Shown piece by piece: positions 20,868 through 29,373 of a DNA stretch of 64,000 nucleotides. A model generated the notes under the pieces. It ran no database searches, was not told where the DNA came from, and saw nothing but the letters and a program-made list of their open reading frames with translations. Source of the DNA: an uncultured bacterium (GTDB lineage Bacteria; B130-G9); NCBI GenBank assembly GCA_965372715.1, contig CBDVDH010000002.1, positions 1 to 64,000 on the forward strand, given 5' to 3'. How positions within the stretch are numbered: the first letter of the stretch is position 1; each line of letters opens with the position of its first letter. Position numbers and translations under genes: made by a program.

Positions 20868-22178
20868 TTACTCTGAGCATAGAGATTCATGGTACAGATG
20901 TTCCAGTTCAGTCATTATCTGGGAGGACTCGAATAGCCGTTTCACGCGCTCGCGACCTCGCTCACCCATCTGTCTCCGAAGGTCTGGATTGTTGGCCAAG
21001 AGAAGCAACTTGTCGGCCAATGCCTGAGGGTCGCGCGGAGGCACCAGAAAGCCTGTTACACCATCATCGACGACCTCCGGCACACCACCTACCCGCGTCG
21101 CTACTATCGGCAACCCCATGGCCTGCGCCTCCGCGAGCACAACGCCAAATGCCTCCCTAAGACTTGACAGCAAGAATATGTCGGCCTCTGCCGCCGCCTT
21201 CCTCACCTCGCTTGGTGCAAGTGCTCCACGTAGATCGACATGACGGGCAATCCCTCTGCTCCTGCATAGCGATTGCAGTTCTGACTTCATCTCGCCATCC
21301 CCCACAATTATATACCTGACATCCGGCATGGACCTATGGACGAGCGCAATTGCCTCCAGTGAATACTGAATCCCCTTCTCCCAATGCAGCCGGGCCACGG
21401 TCAGGATCTTGAGCGACTCTCCGGAGTCGCGCCTGGAATTCATGGTATGACGCGGGTCGAAGAAGCCGGTGTCAATGCCTGGGTACGAGATAATTACTTT
21501 CTCGTCCAGGCAACCAAGGGACTTGGCCTTTGCTACTAAGAAGCTTGAGGAAGCGAGGAACTGGTCCGCTTCCTGGAACAACTGCACATACATTTGCGGT
21601 TCCTCCTGAGGGATGACCGTGACATCGTATCCCAGAAGCGAAACAAAGAGGCGCTTACAGAGGAGGTGTTTATACGGTAGAATAGGCAAAGCCGCATGTG
21701 CAAAATGGACGTGGATGATATCGGCCCCAAACAGGGCAAGAGGCATGAGGACATAGAGCCTCCCAATGAACCGCCTTAATCCCAACTTCATACGCCACAG
21801 ACCCAGAGCAAACCCAACCATTCGCATAGGACGTGCTATAAGAGAAAACAGGACCCGCTTGAGTAGCAAATATGTTCTGACCAGAAGATCTGCCTCCGGG
21901 AGAGTATGCCAGTAGATGACCGGAATCCTGGACCAAATCGCTTGTGACAGCCACTCCTTGGGGAAAGTCTTTTTTGTGTAGGCACAGACCATTACTGAAT
22001 GCCCAGCTTGTGCCTGCCATCTTACTCGATCGGTAATGAAAGTCTCACTGACAGCCGGGAAGCGCTCTGTAAAGTGCATAATTCTCAACGGTCTTCGCGC
22101 GCGGCTGGGCCGTGTCTCTGACTCGCTCTCATAGGAAAGAGGTTCTTGCGTAGCGGCGGAAGCTTGTCCTTTTTTCAC
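20868..22178 (-). CDS. GT4 glycosyltransferase (WcaL-like)
   Basis: FPAVSETFI, HVHF, GYDV, VARLHWEKG and EAQAMGLP motifs. Confidence 0.9.
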   Translation of the reverse strand: MKKGQASAATQEPLSYESESETRPSRARRPLRIMHFTERFPAVSETFITDRVRWQAQAGHSVMVCAYTKKTFPKEWLSQAIWSRIPVIYWHTLPEADLLVRTYLLLKRVLFSLIARPMRMVGFALGLWRMKLGLRRFIGRLYVLMPLALFGADIIHVHFAHAALPILPYKHLLCKRLFVSLLGYDVTVIPQEEPQMYVQLFQEADQFLASSSFLVAKAKSLGCLDEKVIISYPGIDTGFFDPRHTMNSRRDSGESLKILTVARLHWEKGIQYSLEAIALVHRSMPDVRYIIVGDGEMKSELQSLCRSRGIARHVDLRGALAPSEVRKAAAEADIFLLSSLREAFGVVLAEAQAMGLPIVATRVGGVPEVVDDGVTGFLVPPRDPQALADKLLLLANNPDLRRQMGERGRERVKRLFESSQIMTELEHLYHESLCSE

Positions 22179-22456
22179 AGGCTGTCCCTTTCACCAGGAG
22201 TCGTATTGCTTGCCTCAGGCCGCTGCTGGGCTTTCAAGAGCTCTTGATATGCCTTCCAGAGCTCTTGATATGTTGGGCTGATCTTCAGCAGCTCTTCGTG
22301 GGGGGCGAACGCCTGGATAGTGCCGTTGGTTGACCCACCATCAACGACAATCACCTCAATCTGCTTCATCGTCTGGTTAAACGCACTCTCTATCGCACGA
22401 GAAACGTGCGCCTTGTCGTTATAGACGGGAATTATTATGCTGACCATAGGCATCAT
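22175..22456 (-). pseudogene. Chimeric remnant: GT2 N-terminus fused in frame to ABC-transporter C-terminus
   Basis: VSIIIPVYND..VIVVDGGST is followed directly by NGTIQAFAPHEELL..TYQELWKA..QQRPE, matching the end of ABC 29374..31155. Confidence 0.85.
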
Positions 22457-22516
22457 CGCGTCCTTAAGTGCGCGATGAAAGCCGTCCGGTGGACTGTCCG
22501 GAGAATACTCGGTAAA

Positions 22517-23761
22517 CTACACATTCTTCTGCGAAGCTGAATGTCTCCGTCCCAATGTCAGTATCTGGCGCACCAGTCGTACGAGCGTGGGCCCAAGAGA
22601 CACCCTTGCAAGCTGTCTGAACCCAGAAAGACGCAGGCACTGCAATGGCGCAACAGCAAAAGCACGTGCGAGCCATAAGCGCGAGTGCCAGCCACGGCTG
22701 ATTGTGCAGGCGGATCGACACGCGCCCAGCCTCAAGCACACCTCCTCAGTCCTGCGGGCAACTTGCGCGCCGCTTTTGAGCTCTTTGCTGTGAGCTTCAC
22801 TTAAGAGCGCGCGCAGCCCCACACATATAGAGCTAAGACTAGACGCACTCGATCCGTCTGGGCGAGGGTAATCGGGGTAGCTATAGAGTATAAGGAGCCA
22901 CCACCTGGGGGCGCTTTTGAAGACAGCTGGGTCCCATTCCAGCGCTTTCACCCACGCCTCCACAGCCTCGGAACGATTCCCGACTCGAAAAAAACCTGCT
23001 CCTGCAACAGCCCACGCGTGCGCGTATCTCTCCGGGCGCGTTAGCCCGCACAGTTTCTCGTTCCTGCCGTCGCAGAAGTAGCTCTCCAGGATAGTAAGGG
23101 TCGATTCCAGTCCCTTCTTAGGGTCTGACGTGATGCTGCCTCGCCTTTTGTGCACTATCGCGACGACATCATTGACAAATCCGAAGCGGCAACCAGCGCG
23201 GGCCAAGCGCCACCAAAGATTCATGTCCTCCATGGACCTGAGCCGCTCGTCGTGGCCTTCAACAAGGTCGAGCCACTCTCGTCTAACAAGTGCCGCGTTC
23301 GCCGCCCACGGCAAATGAAAAACCAGGCCGTCTGGCCACTCTTTCGGAAGTCTAGGAGATCGCACAACCGATTTGCCGGAGTGCTCAAACACTTCTCTCC
23401 AAGATCCCGCACATAGACCGTATTCGCCATGTCGGTCTAGAAAATCAACTTGAACTGCGCATTTTCCCGGCGTGACAAGGTCATCCGAGTCCAGAAAGCA
23501 GACATACTTGCCTTTAGCCGCGCGTATCCCTGCGTTTCTGGCCACGGCTGGGCCGCTGTTTTTCTGCCGGATATGGACGATTTGCTCCTCATATCTTCTG
23601 ATGACCTCGCGCGTCCCGTCCGTCGAGCCGTCATCAACTACAATCACCTCCACATCTTTCAGCGTCTGCGCCAGCGCGCTCTCAATCGCCTCAGCAACAC
23701 GCTTCTCGTCGTTATAGACGGGAATGATTATGCTGACGTTAGGTGGGTTGTGCCCCGACAT
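22517..23761 (-). CDS. GT2 glycosyltransferase with C-terminal helical extension
   Basis: VSIIIPVYND, VDDGSTDGT and FLDSDD motifs; start uncertain (ORF extends to 23854). Confidence 0.9.
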   Translation of the reverse strand: MSGHNPPNVSIIIPVYNDEKRVAEAIESALAQTLKDVEVIVVDDGSTDGTREVIRRYEEQIVHIRQKNSGPAVARNAGIRAAKGKYVCFLDSDDLVTPGKCAVQVDFLDRHGEYGLCAGSWREVFEHSGKSVVRSPRLPKEWPDGLVFHLPWAANAALVRREWLDLVEGHDERLRSMEDMNLWWRLARAGCRFGFVNDVVAIVHKRRGSITSDPKKGLESTLTILESYFCDGRNEKLCGLTRPERYAHAWAVAGAGFFRVGNRSEAVEAWVKALEWDPAVFKSAPRWWLLILYSYPDYPRPDGSSASSLSSICVGLRALLSEAHSKELKSGAQVARRTEEVCLRLGACRSACTISRGWHSRLWLARAFAVAPLQCLRLSGFRQLARVSLGPTLVRLVRQILTLGRRHSASQKNV

Positions 23762-23772
23762 CTTATGCACCG

Positions 23773-25032
23773 TCAAGTAATCTCGGATGCTCTTGCTTTT
23801 CTCTGATTTGACCTGTCCCGAAAGAAACGCAGGAGCCAGCTTGCCAATCGGCAAAGTGTGATCCCGATGACTATTTTAGCCATAATTCTCCATTGAGCAA
23901 GAATAGGAGATGGGTTGACGCCCATGATAAATGATCTGGCTAGCCACCATCGGGCAAGCCACGACTTTCGCCTGAAGAACGCAACTCTGGAAAGCGCGAA
24001 TGCCAGTAAGGATTTGGCCTGTCGGACATTGGTGCCGGGATGCGCTCCATCTTGCTCCTCCCGTAGCGCGATGCTCTCGATCAGTTCGGAGAGACTTCTC
24101 CATGTCTGTCCCAAATAAAGAACCGCGCGAGGATCGGGAAGCGGATCGCAAGGATTCAGCCAGCTCAAGACCCCAGACCATGTCCGAACCTCCTGAAGAA
24201 GATCTGCTTTCAACGTGAATGCCTTGCCCCAAAGGGCCCGTGTCTTCTGCATGTGACCTGCCAGAAGCTCGAGTGCACCGATCTTCAGTAAGCCCCTGAC
24301 GCGGAGCCGGTTCCGAAACGGCTCATCGATCGCGTCACCCATAGAAACAAAGTGCCTTTCCAGTGCTTTGAGATCCTCTATCCACATGTTGGGTCTGGAC
24401 ATGCTCCCAGGCCTGGCCGTCCAGGTGCTGACGACCACGTTGATGGGGACAAACTGGCACCCGGCAGCCCAAAGCCGAAATAGCAGGTCTGTATCGTCGG
24501 CCTCTTTGAATTCTTCACAGAAGCCTTCCACCCAGTCAAGCCAGTCGCGTCTCATCATTGCTGCCCCAATCTGAAAGCGCGGTGGGAATGGGGCGCAGCT
24601 CCGGTCCAGCTTATCGGTGCCAACTTGCTGACTCATAAACGGCTTTCCATTTCTTGAATCAATCCATTGGCAAACCCCGTAGCACAAACCCGCCTCCGGA
24701 CGCGCATCTAGGAGATCTGCCTGCAGCTCCGCTTTTCGACGCATAAGTGTGTCATCCTGGTCGAGGAAACAAAGATATCTGCCGTGGGAGTGTGCGATGC
24801 CGGTATTGCGAGCCCCTGAAACCCCCTTGTTTGCCTGTCTCACGTGGATAATCCGCCCTTCATACCTTTTCAGCACCTGTTGCGTCCCATCGGTCGATCC
24901 GTCGTCAACAACGATAACCTCGACCTCCTTCAGCGTCTGGTTCAACGCACTCTCGATCGCCCGAGCAATCGTATCCTGCCCGTTGTATGCAGGTATGATT
25001 ATGCTAACGATCGGATCCGTCTGCTTCACCAC
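23773..25032 (-). CDS. GT2 glycosyltransferase with C-terminal helical extension
   Basis: VSIIIPAYN, VDDGSTDGT and FLDQDD motifs. Confidence 0.9.
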   Translation of the reverse strand: MVKQTDPIVSIIIPAYNGQDTIARAIESALNQTLKEVEVIVVDDGSTDGTQQVLKRYEGRIIHVRQANKGVSGARNTGIAHSHGRYLCFLDQDDTLMRRKAELQADLLDARPEAGLCYGVCQWIDSRNGKPFMSQQVGTDKLDRSCAPFPPRFQIGAAMMRRDWLDWVEGFCEEFKEADDTDLLFRLWAAGCQFVPINVVVSTWTARPGSMSRPNMWIEDLKALERHFVSMGDAIDEPFRNRLRVRGLLKIGALELLAGHMQKTRALWGKAFTLKADLLQEVRTWSGVLSWLNPCDPLPDPRAVLYLGQTWRSLSELIESIALREEQDGAHPGTNVRQAKSLLAFALSRVAFFRRKSWLARWWLARSFIMGVNPSPILAQWRIMAKIVIGITLCRLASWLLRFFRDRSNQRKARASEIT

Positions 25033-25746
25033 TCTCGTCTATTGCCTTACAGGCAAAAAACATGAAACCTACGAACCTGGGCTTAACCCACTCGGTGTGG
25101 TCGAGGATCACCTCTCTGACGACTCGCGCGGGGCCCTGATGGACGAAACTCCGGTCGAAGCTTACGTCGTGCATCACCAGAATCCCGCCCGGTTTGATGA
25201 AAGTGACCACTCGATAAAATCGCGCCGCACACACTCGTAGGAATAGTTGCCATCAATGTACAAAAGGTCGATGGGCCTTGACCACTCTGCTGAAATCTGG
25301 TGGCTGTAGCCCTCCAATACTCGAACATGCTCGTAGCTGCCCCAACTCCTAATGTTGTAGGTAAACTGATCCAACAACGATCGCGACATCTTCTCGCTGG
25401 CTCGACGATAATACCGGAGAGACTCAGGGTCACCATTCGCGTGGAAAGGGTCTATGCAAAACAGAACGCCCTGCTTCTTCCTAATAGCCCGAGAAAGGAC
25501 TACGGCGGATTTACCCAGCCAGGAACCTATCTCTACTAGAACCGGGGCTTCTGCCGCAAGCCTATTGGCTGCGTCGTAAAGGGCAACAGCCTGCTCTTTG
25601 GGCAGCGTGCCGGGTACGTTGAGATGTCCCCAGATCGAGTAGTACGCCCAACCGAGGTTCCTGAGGCAGCTGTAGCGCGCCCTCAGACCAAGATAAGCTT
25701 GCTTGCCAAGCAAGGCCTGCAAGGGCGGTCTCAGAACTTCTCTCAT
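25004..25746 (-). pseudogene. Frameshifted class I SAM methyltransferase (Methyltransf_24-like)
   Basis: VEIGSWLGKS..DLLYIDGN in one frame continues as FIKPGGILVMHDV in another; shift near 25200; paralog of 28638..29357. Could be an assembly error. Confidence 0.8.
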
Positions 25747-25789
25747 AGATTCTCTCCCCAATCCTTCTGGACCAGTTTGGCCAAGGCTG

Positions 25790-26129
25790 TCAATCCGCCT
25801 GGGAAAGGGTATTCCGCGCAAGGCGCCCCGGCTCCTTGCCGCCCCTCTCCTGCGCCTTCCATAGCTTCTTATATGTGTCGCTGATCCTTAACAGTTCGTA
25901 GTGAGGGGCGAAGGCCTCGATGGTTCCGTTGGCCAGGACTGCCATCTTGTCGGCCTTGCGGAGTGTGGAGAGGCGATGCGCGACGACGAGCGTCGTTCTG
26001 CTCTCCATGAGCCTGTTCAGCTCCTCCTGCATTTGCCCTCCGTCACGGGATCTAGCGCGGTTTTCATAGTATTAGCCACATATGTTTCTCGTCGTTGAAA
26101 ACAGGGATAATGATGCTGACGTTAGGCAA
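25790..26129 (-). pseudogene. Second chimeric remnant: GT2 N-terminal stub + ABC-transporter C-terminal fragment
   Basis: TTG-PNVSIIIPVFNDEKH, frameshift, then ..ALDPVTEG.., then QEELNRLMESRTTLVVAHRLSTLRKADK..; DNA nearly identical to 29482-29590. Confidence 0.85.
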
Positions 26130-27432
26130 TATCAACGTCCTCCCTCTGGTTTGGCGCCTCATCGGGGCGTTTTCTCGTTTTACGAGCATAAGCAGCGATT
26201 CTCTGGACGAAGAGAGTCAACCACGGGCCGATCAGCTTCTTCATCGCACTGCGCCAAAGAGAAACGGACAGCAATAGGCGAGGCCTCATCGAAAGCGCTT
26301 TCAGCCACCATCTGCGTGCGACCAGACCCTTGCGCCTCGAGAAGGCAAGATCGGATAGCGACAGGGCAAGGGTCCCCAGGGCGGGCCTGAGGCGCCGCTC
26401 GAACCCAGTGGGCCATTCCTCCTGGCACAGCCTCGTCAGGCCACTTGATAACCTGTCCCACACCTGCTTATAGTCGGGCAAACCGTCTGGGTGATGCAGA
26501 GGATATGAAGGGTCCTGCCGCCAAACGGCCTGGTCCCATGTGAGCTTGTCCTCAAAAACGTCTGGTCTGAACCTGATCGCCTCTTGCCAGGCCCGCCTCG
26601 CCGGCTCCTCCTGGCCGAGTCGAAGCCTCTCGGCGCCTACTTCATACCAGATGCGGCAATAGGCCTTGTTACGAAGAGCTTCAGACGCGCGAGGGCCGAG
26701 AGCGGCGAAGAGCTTGTCGAGAACTAGCGTCCTGCCTCTGAATAGCCTCTCGCAATCTCTGGACTGAGTGCCAGGTCTTATCCGATATGTGGCGACGATC
26801 TCATCTATGGGATGAAAAGCACAGCCCGCCAGCCACAGCCGGCACCAGAGGTCCCAGTCCTCTCCAGCGGTCAGCCTCTCGTCGAAGCCTCCGACCTTCT
26901 CTAACCATTCGCGCCTTATCATGGGTGAGTTGGGCGTGAAGGGGCATCCCACGGGCAGAAGCTCAAGCCAGCCTTCCTTCGGAAGGCGGGCCGGCTTCTT
27001 GCCTATCTTTCGGCCGTCCTCGTCCATGAAGAGCGTCGCGCCATAACAGAGTCCGATCTCCGGATTCTTCTCCATGATACTAACTTGCAGCTCCGCCTTA
27101 GTCGGCATCAGAAGGTCGTCCGAGTCCAGAAAGCAAACGTACTTGCCGTCGCAGACTTCGATCCCCGCGTTCCTAGCGGCGGCTGGGCCTTTGTTTTCTT
27201 GGCGTAGGGAAACTACCCGGCCTCCAAAGCTCTTTACCGCATTTTCCGTCCCGTCTGTCGAGCCATCATCGACAACGATGACCTCAACCTGCTTCAGTGT
27301 CTGCGTCAGCGCTGATTCTATCGCGCGACCAACGCGCTTCTTGTCGTTATAGACGGGGATGATGATGCTCACCTTGGGCATTTCGCCTTTGAGAGAAGTC
27401 TGCGCCGACCCTTCGATCTCACTGCTCACCAT
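26122..27432 (-). CDS. GT2 glycosyltransferase with C-terminal helical extension
   Basis: VSIIIPVYND, FLDSDD and GGFDERL-AGEDWD motifs. Confidence 0.9.
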   Translation of the reverse strand: MVSSEIEGSAQTSLKGEMPKVSIIIPVYNDKKRVGRAIESALTQTLKQVEVIVVDDGSTDGTENAVKSFGGRVVSLRQENKGPAAARNAGIEVCDGKYVCFLDSDDLLMPTKAELQVSIMEKNPEIGLCYGATLFMDEDGRKIGKKPARLPKEGWLELLPVGCPFTPNSPMIRREWLEKVGGFDERLTAGEDWDLWCRLWLAGCAFHPIDEIVATYRIRPGTQSRDCERLFRGRTLVLDKLFAALGPRASEALRNKAYCRIWYEVGAERLRLGQEEPARRAWQEAIRFRPDVFEDKLTWDQAVWRQDPSYPLHHPDGLPDYKQVWDRLSSGLTRLCQEEWPTGFERRLRPALGTLALSLSDLAFSRRKGLVARRWWLKALSMRPRLLLSVSLWRSAMKKLIGPWLTLFVQRIAAYARKTRKRPDEAPNQREDVDIA

Positions 27433-28552
27433 GGCTTGTCCCTGCTTCTTGCGCACTCAAGTTGTCAATGCCGCGAGAATCGTGAATAATGCGCTTAATT
27501 CTGTCCGCAGCGCTTTTCAGGTTGGTCTTGAGCTCAAGAACCCGGTGATGCATGTCGCCCTGGACTGACGAACGGTTTGCCGCAAGCGATTCCAACATAG
27601 CAACCGTTCGATCAACTTCAATCTCGTCTGATCGAACGACATATTCTTCTAAACCGATTGATGCCATGAAATCCCTACACTTGGGTCGGTACTCGATCAT
27701 TACGGAGGGGACACCGGCACAGATCGCTGTAACAGTAGCGTGGAGCTTTTCCCCCAGGAATACCGTGCAGCGCTGGCAGAGATCAAGCGCTTGCTGAACA
27801 TTGTGATAGATCTCATGTATTTCGGGATCTGTAATCCCTGCGCGCTTAGCTACCTTGACCGTGTTCTCGAGATCAGGAGGCCAGACGCAGAGGAAAACAG
27901 CCTTCCAACCTCTCGAGCGAAACACCTTGCAGATCTCTGCAACGTTTTTGAGCATTGAGTCCTGATCCCCCCACAGCTGCCCACCTCCGGGCGCGCCGAC
28001 ATTTATGCCTAAGTGCTTCTCCTCTGGATCGGCAGGGGAGGTCTCCTTGGCAAACACTAGGGCCGTATCGCCAACCACCTGAACATCGGCAAGCCCTGCG
28101 TCTCTAAGGGCATCCGCCGATAGGGGTCCCCGGACCCCAACGAACTGGCAACGCCCAAGCAATTCCACCCACGAGCTCATTTCATCTGGCCAAAGTCCCT
28201 CACTCTTCCAGAACTCGCTACTCGCAACCCCCGTGCCGATAGCAAAGCAAACTGGGCAACTCTCGATCATTCTCCGGAATTTGTCTAGATAACCCCGACC
28301 TATTAAGGTCCCGCCACCCAAGCATCCTGCTCTGTAAACGTTTCTCCGCGTAATTCGCTTATACTGGGCCACCTTGTCCAATGAGACGGGGCGAAACGGG
28401 AGGATGTCATACCCTGAGAACAGCCTCTGGTGCGCCTCAAACAGCATTTCGTCACCCAGGTTATCGTGTCCCTGCCAACCGATGTACGCAATTCTTTTGC
28501 GAAAGGGGTTCCCCAGTTCCCAATATCTCTTGGCTCTTCGGATAATTCTCAT
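27419..28552 (-). CDS. Polysaccharide pyruvyl transferase family protein
   Basis: YIGWQGHDNLGDE, GGGTLI, GVRGPLS, GDTAL and KLHA motifs. Confidence 0.85.
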   Translation of the reverse strand: MRIIRRAKRYWELGNPFRKRIAYIGWQGHDNLGDEMLFEAHQRLFSGYDILPFRPVSLDKVAQYKRITRRNVYRAGCLGGGTLIGRGYLDKFRRMIESCPVCFAIGTGVASSEFWKSEGLWPDEMSSWVELLGRCQFVGVRGPLSADALRDAGLADVQVVGDTALVFAKETSPADPEEKHLGINVGAPGGGQLWGDQDSMLKNVAEICKVFRSRGWKAVFLCVWPPDLENTVKVAKRAGITDPEIHEIYHNVQQALDLCQRCTVFLGEKLHATVTAICAGVPSVMIEYRPKCRDFMASIGLEEYVVRSDEIEVDRTVAMLESLAANRSSVQGDMHHRVLELKTNLKSAADRIKRIIHDSRGIDNLSAQEAGTSHGEQ

Positions 28553-28637
28553 TCGCACGCTCTTCTTCGAAGATCAACTCCGCCTGGTGGGAACACGAGT
28601 GTCGATGATTCAACTCTCAATCCTGTTCCTCCGCGCT

Positions 28638-29357
28638 TCAAGATCTGATCACAACAAAAAGAGAGGCAAGATGTCTGGCGATGAGCCAGTCAGTACTGTC
28701 CAAGATATGTTGCTTAATCACTTGCCCTGGGCCTGGAAATGGAGCTTGCGCCTCGAAGCTCACATCGTGGAAAGCTAGGAAGCCCCCGTTCTTCACAAAG
28801 GGTGCCCACTTGGTGTAGTCGCGTAGGACTGCGTCGTGACTATGGTTACCGTCGATGAACAGCAGATCGATCCCCTTAATCCAATCAGGGGAGTGCTGAT
28901 AACTATATCCCCTAAGAATAGTGATACGCTGTGGGACACCATGTTTCATGATATTCTCACGAAATCTTGTTTCCATAGTATCTCCGACCTCCGCGCCTGT
29001 TCTCAGAACCCGCCCCGAGAGAGGATCTCGCTTCGTGTCAAGTGGGTCTATACAGAATAGAGCGGCCCCTTTCTTACCCCTTATCCCCTGCGAGAGAACA
29101 ACACTAGACCTGCCGAGAAAGGAACCTATTTCAACTATCACACAGTTATCTGCGAGGGATTTCGCCACGTCGTAGAGGGCAAGCGCTTCCTTTTCCGACA
29201 ACCATCCGCCAACTTCGCGATAACCATATATAGCGTGGTATCTGAGTCCATGCTTCTTCACCCACAAGTATCGGCCTCTCGCCCTGCAATAGCGCTCCCT
29301 GCCCAGAATTGTTTGTAGAATCAGCCTCAGGGAAGTTGTCACTAATCGTGGTAACAT
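28638..29357 (-). CDS. Class I SAM methyltransferase (Methyltransf_24-like)
   Basis: GWLS--EA--L, VEIGSFLGRS, DLLFIDGNH and GGFLAFHD motifs. Confidence 0.9.
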   Translation of the reverse strand: MLPRLVTTSLRLILQTILGRERYCRARGRYLWVKKHGLRYHAIYGYREVGGWLSEKEALALYDVAKSLADNCVIVEIGSFLGRSSVVLSQGIRGKKGAALFCIDPLDTKRDPLSGRVLRTGAEVGDTMETRFRENIMKHGVPQRITILRGYSYQHSPDWIKGIDLLFIDGNHSHDAVLRDYTKWAPFVKNGGFLAFHDVSFEAQAPFPGPGQVIKQHILDSTDWLIARHLASLFVVIRS

Positions 29358-29373
29358 GTCGATGTCTATCCTC

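Noticed and set aside
25790-26032. Diversity-generating retroelement template/variable repeat (near-duplicate of ABC 3' end)
   Set aside because: Mismatches are mostly synonymous and not adenine-specific, and there is no reverse transcriptase in the window.
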